Part shown: piece after piece, positions 1 to 12,000 of the stretch
Layout: each line of letters starts with the position of its first letter
Numbering within the stretch: position 1 is the stretch's first letter
NCBI GenBank assembly: GCA_000934665.2
Contig: KZ538187.1
Coordinates: 62,001-105,871 of the forward strand
Length of the DNA: 43,871 nucleotides
Source of the DNA: Catajapyx aquilonaris
Taxonomy: Eukaryota
Direction of reading: 5' to 3'
Position numbers and translations under genes: made by a program
Notes under the pieces: model-generated
Database searches by the model: none
The model's input: only the letters and a program-made list of their open reading frames with translations
What the model was told of the DNA's origin: nothing

Positions 1-2555
1 GCCACATGCACAATACAGTTGAGTCGAATGAATGTGTGCAATATATCAAATAAAATTTTGAACAAACGTGTCCTGCCGGTATACGAGTAATAAACACTCG
101 AGCAAGGTGAACTTAGTTACTGTATATTTTAAAAAAACACACATAATGCGAAATATTTGTAGACAATAGCGTACACTCAATACCTACTAAACAATATATT
201 CGTCATTTTAATATTAACCATTCTTAAGCTAATTATAACACAATTTGGTGTAGCCTTTCCGGATGACGTCAGTTAACTATCTCAGAACCAGTTTAGTGAC
301 AATGACATTATTGTTAGCGTAATGGCCCTTATCAAACCTGGATTTCCCGAGCAATTGTCCCAGAAGTTGAAACGAAGCGTGATATTCATAATTGAATCGC
401 AAAACTATTTCATCGCTAAGCCACTTTCATTAAAGCTCGGTGTCTGCGACTGACTAATGGTGTTTTGAGGTCACGAAGGTAATCAAGTCAGCTGCGAACA
501 ACAGGACGACATTATTGTATCCATATTTACAAAATTGAGTCGCACTGTTACTATTATTACGCAGAAAGTAATTATCTTCAGGGGGGTGTCCTTATTTGCT
601 CATGAAAGGCCTCGACCTCCCACGCTGACTTACTACTTAACACATTTCCTTTCACTTAACCCTTGGCATATTGCCTATGAATAGCGGAATATGGAATCAA
701 TAATTCAGCATAATGCGCACTTATGTTTTACGGAATTATGCTTGTCTTAATGCCTGAATAGCTCAGGAAAATTGAGTTATCTAGAGGAAAAAAGAGAATA
801 TTTGTCTGCATCGATTACAGGGTTGTGTGGAAGTGAAGCGAGGATTTATCTTCCTGAGAAAATATTGGTTTGAAGAAAGGGCGGCCAAGAGAGATCAATG
901 TGGAATGGAATGCCTGCCGCTTTGGCCCCCAACCGTACGTTTCCAAAGAGCTATTATCAAGACTATCTTCAAAGGAACTGTTCCAACGGATGGAGACCTT
1001 AAGCATTACTGCTATTAAGTTCGCCCAAATATATATTGATGGCACAGGAGTAGAGTATTAACTTATTTATTCATTTCAATCGACAATTAATAAGCATTGG
1101 ATGCTAGTTGTAACTTGTTAATAAAACTTCCAATGTCTTAAGAATGCAGACGCAAAATTCGTGCAGGAACTTTATCCTGGAGTTAAGGCCGTCCTCCTTG
1201 CAAATATGTTGCGCTGGTTGCGTAAAGAGAATGTTCAAGGATGGAGCTTGCCGTGGTTCAGTATCGCTTTAGTGGAGCTTACTGCTGGATGCTTCGAAAG
1301 GGAATGGTAAATGTTCCTACTGATTCTGCAACTGCAGGGTCTTGGTTTGAAAGCTACGATCTTGCTGTAGTTTCAGTCTCACATTGCGACAATTTTCTAA
1401 TACTGTATGATTATTCTCTTTCATTACAGCTCACTAAAATAAAGAGTAATTACGTTCATTCGAAAAATAGAAATAAAAATTATCTTCCATACCGTCCTGA
1501 CTCCTCCTCGGTGTGCAAATATGCCAACCTACTGCAAGCGAAAGAAATTCCGCGTACAGTCTGTGGAGGATGTTACACGTGGCAAGAAATTCCAGTGACT
1601 AATGGTAGACAAAAGCAACACTGTGCATATATTTGACTAAAGTTTCTTTGTTGACCATGGTTGATGAGTAAATCAGACACGTGAACACTTTTAACATCTC
1701 AATTCAACCGAGTCTCGAGCTTACGTAATTCAGGTCAACACTTTTTCCATTACATTATATTAGTTATTTGAATAAGACTTGCAGAACTAAAACCGGCTCT
1801 ATATATGCATGCATGTGAGTTATTTGCTCTGCTGTGTGCATGATTTCCATCTGTGTGTTCTGAGCTGTATGAATTAGTGCTGATGAAGCCGATTTGTTTT
1901 TTTTGACGCCATTAAAAATCGACAGGTTGTTTGACCCATTCATTACGCAGATACTGTACAACCATTCCAAAGTCAACCAGCTGTTATCTGCCACGTGACT
2001 TCTAACTTTAAACGCATGTGCACATGCTAAGTTCAATCAAAATATCGAATGGTTGTGTGTAACAGTACCTGGAATTGATTTTTCAACTAATGAACTTTCA
2101 TTGATTAGAAGGTGGCTGCAAAAGAGTAAACAGAAGGCGAGGCACTGATAATCATGTGCACCTCTTGCGGCCAAAAATTATTAGCAACATTACTTCCAGA
2201 TGTACTGATTTGACTAACCAAATATTTGATAGTTTGTAGTGTGATTAGCCCTTCCCTGCTGCTGGTCGGAGTCACACTCCGATTATATAAATTAACGTCC
2301 ATAAAATGTTTCATAACCGAGCTAATATTTTAAAAGCGCAAAATTTAGCAAGCAGCGCAAAACGCTTCCGACTGCAAAATTGGCAATCCATTGTCCCTAA
2401 TAATTCCTCCTCTACATTGCGGATTTTAATCAGCACCCGAACATTGGCCAAAACCGCCAAACCGAAAATGAAAAGTGAACAAACACAAAAAAAAACATGG
2501 AAATGAAACGTAATTAGCTCCCACCACCGCACTCTATTCACTCCGCATATCCATA

Positions 2556-2840
2556 TTACGTCATTGAATCGACGTCATATCTACGTCATCAAATTTCACC
2601 CTAAGCCATAAGTCCTCCCACGCTCCAGCAGTTTTCGGGAACCCAGTAGTAGGACCCCCCAAGGGAATCAATGTCACCAGAAACCCACCCCCACATAAAA
2701 AAGTGTCCCCCCCCCCCTTTTTCCCCCCTCCAGCTTCCGAAGGGGGTCCAACTACTAGTAGTCAACTGCGCGGCACACACACAATCATGCGCGCGTCCTA
2801 GGTTTAAACCCCGGTTCCTTCCCCGGATCCCCCACAGTTA
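2556..2840 (+). promoter_or_regulatory. Putative Nplp1 proximal promoter: three CRE/ATF-like sites plus TATA-like and Inr-like motifs
   Basis: TTACGTCA 2556-2563, CGACGTCA 2570-2577 and CTACGTCA 2581-2588. TTTAAA at 2803-2808 lies about 30 nt upstream of the Inr-like ACAGTT at 2834-2839. The region is 160-450 nt upstream of the ATG at 3003. Confidence 0.4.
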
Positions 2841-3002
2841 CGCACCGTCACTCGATTTAAATACATTCAATTCCATCACCCCCATCCAAATCTTGAAGAT
2901 AGTCCAAGCTGGTTGAATCGCAGCCTGGTTTGGTGGGGGTGAAGAAGAAGAATACTACCTGACTCTAGCAGGTGGGCAGCACACCGATTTCAAAGGGTCA
3001 CG

Positions 3003-6000
3003 ATGGATGCTGGTACTCGGGTGTTGGTGCTGTGCGTCACATGCCTGATGTCTTGTCTCTTGTTTCAGGTGAGTTGCATTGTTGTTTGCATGACTTTTTG
3101 TTCAATTTTGGGGTCTTGAGTGTGTATTGCAGCCATTTATTAACAGTTTTATTTTATGAAAGGAAAGCACATTTTTGAACAATTTTAGACAGCAGAGTTT
3201 CATATTATGATAAATCCACCATGAAATTACGCCTGAACGCGTTAATGATTGTAATTATGTGCAGTACTGCGTGGTGGAAATTCGAGAAAAGGAAACCAAT
3301 GACACCCATTATGTCATCGAATTATTGATAATACTTCATTGTCAGCTAGATTCTTCATTACCATTGTGACTTGGTATGTATATGGCAACTAGTTGTTATT
3401 GGTACTGTTTGGCCACAATATGTTTTATCTCCAGAACTACGCACGAAGCATACACAAGTGTCACCAGTTGTGAGTTGCCTCTAATTATCCGTCCATGAAA
3501 AGGAATTTACCCAACTTTCCACAGAACAAGAAACGCCGCTAACACTGGAAGCATTCCCATTCAAAAAGCCGTCTTTCGCATAAAGTGAATAATTTCGCAC
3601 CCACTCCCGCTCATTTACTATATAACCTTCCCGAAAGTGTTGACTTGGCACTAATCCTTAAACTTTCCAGCTAAGCAGTGGCGTTAAGGGGACGACATGA
3701 GATAAGCTGGCACCATAGTCTATAAACGGGGGCCGGGGGTTAATTGATGTTAATTAAATCCCGCCTACATGTCTCATAATCAACCTGCTGGGTACCTATA
3801 TGTATGAGAGCTTATCGGCGATGGACAGCAAGAGCTGAAGTGAGAAAAACCTCCAACGTGTGCACAATATTAAGAGAACGTACACAAAATGCGTAATTAG
3901 TGTGACATTAATACCATATCAATGAAATGGTCCAAAACAACTTATTTAATTATGCGAAACGTAGTTCTCGTAATGTATAACTCGGCAAATTTACGGTCCA
4001 AAAGTACGCAAATGCGTCAGGAATTTTTGCACAAAACGTGCAATATCGTCCTGGGAGGTCCCAGTATAGCAACATGCATAGGCACGTGAGAATCCGTTTA
4101 GAGGGAGATTCCATTAGAATAAACGCTCCAGCATCACGAAGTGCTCCAGTTGACACGAAACGACGCATCCAACCAGCTTGAATGGCAGATTATCTGCCAA
4201 ACAGACGCAGCAGGGCAACATCTGATTGGCAATTCCAAAAAGGAAACGTTCTTGGGGGAAATTGCAAAAAAAATGTCTCGAACATTTTTTTAAGTAATAT
4301 AAATTTTCTAAATTTAAATTTTTTATCCTAAATATTTTGAGCACGTAGAAGAACCTATTGATCCTCAGCTTCAAATAACCGGGCCAAAATTGCGACTTCC
4401 TCCGGCACAAAAGGTCATTCAAAACACGTCCCGTGCTGACCTCACAATATCTCCAGGCTCTTCGAACAAACGGAGAGTTTCCTTCGGAGGTGACAAATAA
4501 CAGTGCCACGTTGCTTATACAATGACTGCAACTGGTGCATTTAAAGCCTTTTCCGAGTCAGACTTGCCGAAACAATCATGGAAGATAAATCGCAAAGTGA
4601 GCGAAGCGCCGACTTTTGGGACAAGGCTTGGGCCTCCATTTACTTTCTGAGGGAGACCTTTTTCACCTGCCAGAAAGAGAAGAATAAGAGGTGGGCATGT
4701 GGCAGCGCAGTGGACTCATTTGTTTCTCTTCTTTTAAGTAAATTAAATTATTTGCCTTCTGGAAAACTAAGACGGAACGCCCTGAGTAATTAGGCTCGGT
4801 TAACTCCGGATCGTAATTTGTGGGGCAGACATTTGTAAGCCTGCTGTGGCTAAGAAAGTCTATAGTGAGGTTCTCCTAGAGCTCAAGATGTTACAGAGAG
4901 CCTATCTAGTATGTAATCCATTTTTTACTATGGTCTTTCCCAATTTCTAAGAAGTTCTAATTCATTTGGTAATTTTGGCTGCATTATGGATATAACTCCA
5001 TGGCAGATTAAAGGGTCTTTCATTACCTTCATGCTGTAAAAGGTCGACTCTAACCGGAAGCTCATTTTATGAAATATCGCAATTTTTAAATCACGAAAAT
5101 ACTGTATATAATACTGTACATCATATGCACGCAGAGTCTGCAAGATATAAGTACAGTACCGATCACAGCCTTGGCAATGAGACTCTGCCATAATATGACA
5201 TGGTTATAGGCCTGCTGTATTAATTTTTTGAATAACGTAGCAAGTATTGGTATAGAGACTATAGACCTATGTAAAGAGGAGGAGAGTAATATCATCTTTC
5301 AAAGGTTGGGGAAATATACAAGTATAATGCAACTATGAAAGATAGCATGCCCTTTTCGCATTTTCCTGCATAGGTGAGTGAAACTTTCTAAAAGGAATTG
5401 CAAATTGCTTTACTATACAATTATAAGCTACGTATGGTATTTTTAAAATTAAAACTGTTCCGGCAACACTGTCTAGACCTAATGACATGGAAATGTTCGA
5501 TTTTCCTTATAATTTTTGTCGCGATTTTTTGTAATTAATTATTATTCTTGGCAGCAGGAATTGTTTCAAAATTTCTGTGATGTTTTACAAAGTTTTCAAA
5601 GCAGCAGAGGGTACGGGACCCTTAAAGTATTATATGCTACTAACTCGTGAGAGTTGCAGGCCACGTACAGATAAGTCATCGTCGAATCCTGTTGTCTGCA
5701 GCAGACACATGGCGATTGACGTTGGGATTCGGACACCAAAGAATTACTGCGAGCACACTCATAAATGTTCATTGATGACCGATAACAGCAGACGACCAGC
5801 TGGTTCGGAGAGCAATCGCACACCACCTGCTTTGCTGTATGCCTTCCGGATGATTCGCGATATTTGTTTTTGAATCGAAATGCGAATTATTGCAGGCCGA
5901 ATTTTCTACATTACGTGTATTATTTTCGGCGATGAAGGGATAAAAATTGTTCAAGTTTTCTGCTGAATCAGTACGGGGATATTAACTCTCTTGGAAATAA

Positions 6001-9000
6001 TTATGTCTTCCCGTACCTGTACTTAAAGTACATGTATCTACAAAGCCTGCGTTTAAATATTGCTTTTAAAAGAACTTGTAAACTCTAAATTAGCGAAATA
6101 AATGATGAACTTGTGAAGGTAGCAGAATATACGTACATTGTATTCTTCCGAGAGTGCAACAAGACGAATACTGAAATTCACTTCCTTTTGTTATGCTCTT
6201 CCTGTAAAAGTTTATAAGAGTTCGGGTTCTTTGTTTAATTTAAAAATCGTTACATTTCCCAGGAGTACTTTTCGAGCACTGTAGCCTCCAGAAATGCGCG
6301 GCATTTTATTGTTTCGTCCACGCACACAAAATAAGAAGAACCGTTCCCAATACTGAAGTGCTTACCTACATACCGTCCCTTAAAAGCCTCATGCTCCCAT
6401 AAACACTAAACTCTAATCTAAATTCCCCCGCAAAATCTATTACACTACACCAACATGTATTTCAAAGTGCACTCCATACAGACATGTAACTACTCGCATG
6501 GCAAGTTTATCGATGTAAACAAAATTAGGGTCCCCTGTGATGACTGTGCACTAATTATTTCTCCGCACAAGTACTGCCAGTGTACACAATGGTCACTCCC
6601 TCCCCAAAAATTCATTCATTCACAAGGTTTGAATGCAATGGACAGTCGTTCTATAGTATCGCATTTTGTTCCAGCCGACCCCTCCAATTAATGTGTCATG
6701 TCGTTTGGTCAGCTATTAGTAATGTCTGATGGCAAATAGTATCGATCAGGCCGCTGACATTTTGCGGTCAGGCTTCGCCGGTCACTCGTCACTGCCTGTG
6801 TTTTCTATTGCCTTTATTCGGAAAATAATCCCTCCGGAATGTGGAGTACATTGCATCAACCCAATCAATTACTCCCGGTGCGATAACTGACCACATCCTG
6901 CTACCTGATGACAAACGAATAATTAACCTGTCACTCAATTTTTAAGATTTTTTAAAAAATTAGGCAAAGTTTGTGTGTTTGTCCAGAAAGTCACGTCCAG
7001 CCGGCGAGGTAGGTCAGATCGTCTCTGATTGGCTGGAGCAGTGCAGCCCTTATAGCTCCAGCCAATCAGAGTCGACCGTGACGTCAGAAGTTGGCGACTC
7101 TCTCCCTACAGCCTCTCTCTCAGGCTGTAAACACTCTCCCCAGAATTTTATCAGCAGTTTATTCTCTCAACCGAACCATCTGGACTTTTCCCACAAAGTA
7201 CTCCACAGCAAAGATTTGCGTCACTTGGTGAATCGACCTCCCTTGAATTAAATCCCATATAGGGTCTGAGGCATTTAACGTTTTTCCTCCCCCGCCTACC
7301 GCCCTCATGTGATCCTATTAAGCAACGGCATGCGTCCATCAGTGTCACGGACACTCTGGTGGGTTTTGCTACAAAGGTTGGCCTGCGAAACATCTTTACC
7401 GGACATGAAAGGGTGGGTTGTCCCGAAGTGCTTTCTCGGCACTTTGTGGGCGTCAACACGTTCCTTGCTCCGAATTAGCTTATTTCCTGATAGGAAGCGC
7501 CTAATGGCCAAGTAAAAGCTGGACTAGTCAAGAGTTGAGCTGCTTAATGGGGATGCAAATGCATGGTGCATAGAAGGTGCAACCAGCCCGGAAATTGGAT
7601 AGTTTTATGGCAGGTGTCGTGTGACATTATCAGTGTTGTAAGATTGAATGTGCTTTAATGCTGTGTGGGACTTTTGACAGACGAATCCAGGTTAATGGAT
7701 TCAGTACTTTTCTGTCACCTGAAGTTCACATTATGAGTGTCCCAAACTTTTTCCCTTCCACATTTCTTGCCGTATTTGTTTGCAGTACCGATTCTCCCGG
7801 TGCAATCAAAACTGCGCCAACAGTTCTCCAACCAGACGGTCTAAGTAATGTGATTCCCCTACTCATATCGTTCTGCGCCACTTGGAAAGGAAATAACCTG
7901 AAGGAAATAACCTGAAGGAAACTGCAGATGAAAAGGAAGGAGACGCTGTTTTCATTTCAAGCTCTACCATTTGTCTCTAATTCTGTGTGGGGAAAACTCG
8001 CCCAAAATGCGTGGGATGAATTTCAGTTGGGGAATGCCTAACCGTTACTCTATTTGTTATTCAATTACTGGTCAAGTTATCTCCATATATATCTCCACTC
8101 TCCATAACCACATTTGAAACTTGCAACCTAATTCAAGTGGGTGTCAACTTGCAGTTGGGCCAATCGCATTTGGTTCAAAGAGGATTCGTGTGTAGGTGAA
8201 ACAAAGCAAATGGATTTGACTTTAATTATTCACAGAGTTCCCTTTGATTGCGACAATGCTCGGCTTTGAGTGGTACAGTGCAGGATTGCTCTCGTTTAAA
8301 GTTGCCGGCTTTCTATATGGTAACTTGTGTGTACACAAAACTTAGTAAAACTTGAGGATATGGATTCATATCATGCAGTTGCTATGGCTGTACAGTAATG
8401 CACTCCCACTGCTGAAGGGCATGCTTTTTATGCTGTAGAAACACGGAATAATGTAAATAATGAGAATTTCGTAAAAATATCCGCAGCTTATTTGAAAACA
8501 TTTTGCATTATTATTCATATACCCCACTTACATGTACAAAAAGTCAATCCATGCAAATATAAGTCAGCGTTTTAGAATTATATTAAAACACGTCACTAAC
8601 TGACTCATCTTTAAAATTTTCCACATGAGCACTGCTATGATTAATACCAGTTGTCACCTCGAATCAACCGTGTCTCAATTTTGAAAACGTGACTTCTTAG
8701 AAAAGTGAATTAAAGCCCTGCAAACAAGGATATCAATCACGTTGACAGAGCTCGTTGAATATATTCTCCAGTAACGTTGTGGGTCACGTACACGAGAAGA
8801 TTGGGTCCTGCCTTGTTCCGGACAGTGTTGCATGCATATGGAAAATACCCTCTTCTGCCTACTTCCATCAAAATGCTCCTGGCCTCTTCAGGTTTTAAAT
8901 CGGATTATTTTTCGAGTCGCAGTTTGCCTGGCTCTATAAATCACAGCTATGATATACGAATTACTTATGAAGATCTGAAGTGCAGTCCAATCAAATAATT

Positions 9001-12000
9001 TACAGATGTGAAGGTTTCGAGATTGCACTATATTTTACAGAGCCATGTTCATTCAAATGTTTCTGTACGGGGCGGATTTTTAACATATGAAAACAAATTT
9101 CAGAGCCAGAAAGCACTGTGCGTCACAATGCAGTACATTTCAGGTCTTCATATGTCGATGACGTACTCGCAAAAACATGCACAATTCATACAGCAAATTC
9201 TCCGACTGTACATGAGAAGTCTACAATACCATTTTAATTAAAAAATGAGTGAAAATGAGGCCACTTGTGGCTCCCCATTGTCATTCCACTAACTATCGAC
9301 TCTCCCTAATTAATTCGCTTGCGACAATGCCACATCGCAAAAATTAATTAATCCCCATTTTTTTGTGTGACAAAGTCGCCAGTCGTACCGACAATTGCGA
9401 GCCATTTGGCGCGCTTGATATTCGAGTGTTTGTCCAGTCCGCCAAAGGCCATGGTTTATCAACATCAGCAGGTTAATTCACACAACAGATGACATTCTCG
9501 AGCGGAAAGAGAGATACACCATCCAGCACTGCAATGACAACCAAATATCCAGGGTCACATTACGTAACACGGATTATCCGCTTGCAAAAACACTTTCAGG
9601 CCCCTACATGAATAAATAAAAAGGGGGCAGCTAGAAATTAGTGTCACATTAATTTGTGGCGATTTATTTTAAAAAGGGCCTCTCTCACTAGGCTCGTTCT
9701 CGCTACATACATCCCCGATTAGGCTTTATCTTGGCGCAGCTTGCCAGCCAGGAGGGAAAATGTGCCCAATCTCTTCTCTTGAACGCTCTTGCGCAAGTGG
9801 AACATAAGTGATGTTGCCTTGGCGCAAATGAACTCTGCGCTTTAGCGGATGTTGGGCGACTGTGGTTTCCAACGGTTTTCCACTGCAGGCGGAATAATGA
9901 TCTCGGAAACTGGGGGAGGCACATCTGGCCATCGTACAAGCTCAGATTATTACCAGTAATGGATACCGGTAGACTTGAGTCTCAGGATAAGAGGATGGTG
10001 CGAGAGAAACAAGTTGGGGGGAAAAAAATTAATTTTGGACTAAATATCCTGGATCTATACAACCATCAGCGCACCCAAAATGCAGGCAATGAAAACATTA
10101 TTTTTATTATTAAAACTTTTCTCAAATTATTTTATGAACATGCAGATATAGCCTCGTATTGAGCAAACAAAATTGCCCTGATTGACGTTGTGGTTTTGGT
10201 AACTTGCAGACCATATGTGCATATCGACCTCATTGACGGTATCGTTTACAGCGCAGTAATCGATTTGATTTAAATTGACGCTGCAATATTGGAAGTGACA
10301 TCTGTTGCACCAGATTGTGTGTTAAAGTGTTTCAGGCTCAATAAACACATGTTTTCATAATTTTATATTTTGTCGGCATTGCTGTGCTACCGCAGAGCTT
10401 GTTTATTAGGCGTATAACTGAATCTGGAAAGGTCATAGAGGGGAAATGAATTTTTTTGACCTTTCTTTTCAGGTTTCGGAAGGAGGCAGTAGTCCTTCGA
10501 CCACCCATACTGTCCCAAAACCCACGAGCGCGACTCCACTGTCACTAGATGATCTGAAGGTGTCGAAGAGACACGTGGGCGCCTTCCTCAGACTAGGCCA
10601 CCAGCAAGACAAGAGGCAGTTGGCGTCCTTGGCTCGTAACGGAGACTTCACCACGTTCGTTGAAATGCCCGGAATCAGGCCTGAGCCTGAAGACTTGCTG
10701 GAGGAAGATGAGGAAGACAACTATGGCCGCGACGCACAGGACAAGAGACATCTGGGCTCTCTGGTCCGGACCGGAGGATACTCGTCATTCGACCCTTCGT
10801 ACGTTCGAACCATCGGAAAGAGATTTCTTGGCTCCCTGGCTCGAAGCGGAGACCTAGGAGGAAAACGCAACATTGCATCGTTGGCAAGAGGCGGATACGG
10901 AAAGAGGTATGGCCACCCAACATTAATCGTGGCCAAGGTATAACTCAAACACTTCTGTCTCCGTTTGATAGAGATGATGATGAGGTGTTCGACTCTTCCG
11001 AGCTGGACAAACGCCAGTTGTCTTCTCTGGCTCGGAATGGAGACCTGATGTACAACAATAGACTTCCAGAAGGAAAAAGGTATCTGGGCTCCCTGGCCAG
11101 AAATGGAGCCTACTATAGGCAGAATTCTGAAAACAAGCGATATCTAGGAGCTCTGGCTAGGGGTGGTGGACTAGGGAAGCGCTTCTTGGGATCCATTGCA
11201 GCTTCTGGAGGAATTCCAATCACAAGGATCAGGAAGTCTTCACCATGCGAGGATTGTGAGGAACACTCGAATGAAGCAAGTACTTTGTCGTTTTTATACT
11301 GGGGGTGAACAACTTTTCCCAGACTTTTTGACACATTAAAAAACCCTCATTATCCTTATGCACATGCTCATTTTGGACGAACCAACCAGCACGGAAGCTG
11401 ATAAAATGTAAACAGATTGTAAATGCTCGATTAACTCGAGAACGGCCCTTCTAAAGCCCTGTTGAAAGCCATATATTTTAGGATAGCAACCTCCCCGGGT
11501 TTATGTTGACTCAATGGTCCCTCCGAAGAAGACACACGTCCGTAATAAACAGTTTTGCTGCTCCTACTTATCTCTCCTACTTCTCGCGACACAAGAGCGA
11601 CATTTTGAGAGAATAGTGTCATAAATCATCAGGGCTTCATCAGAGGGTGAGTTAACCCGCTGTAATATGGCTAATACCCTACTTATCTCGATTTAGGCCA
11701 AAGTGGATGGAGGCAGTGAGCACAATGCTGAAAATGCCAAGGTCTCTTCGGAACAGAAAACGACTAAAGGCGCAGAGGTAAACAGTGTGATTAATTTTGT
11801 TTAGACAATTTTGCGACACAATTTAAATTCTGCAGAATGCACCTGAGGATCTGGATCGTTTCAAGAGGAACATTGCGTCTTTGGCTCGAAGCAGTCACTT
11901 GCCAGTGGTCCTAAGAGTGTCGGCAACACCGAGGTCGTTTCTTTCGACAACTGAAGACGATGAGGATGTGACACCAGGAAGCGAGGAGCCGGTCGGATCA

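Noticed and set aside
5577..5873. ORF with VCSRH, resembling a THAP-domain fragment
   Set aside because: The N-terminal C-x2-4-C, the conserved Trp and the HF are missing, so this is a single short motif only.
6973..7915. Several short overlapping ORFs in Nplp1 intron 1
   Set aside because: No recognisable domain or consistent exon structure; likely non-coding or an old repeat.
11617..11646. Extra Nplp1 micro-exon ending at the strong donor AGG|GTGAGT
   Set aside because: The acceptor is poor, the downstream intron would be only 50 nt, the content is not peptide-like, and the model is in frame without it.
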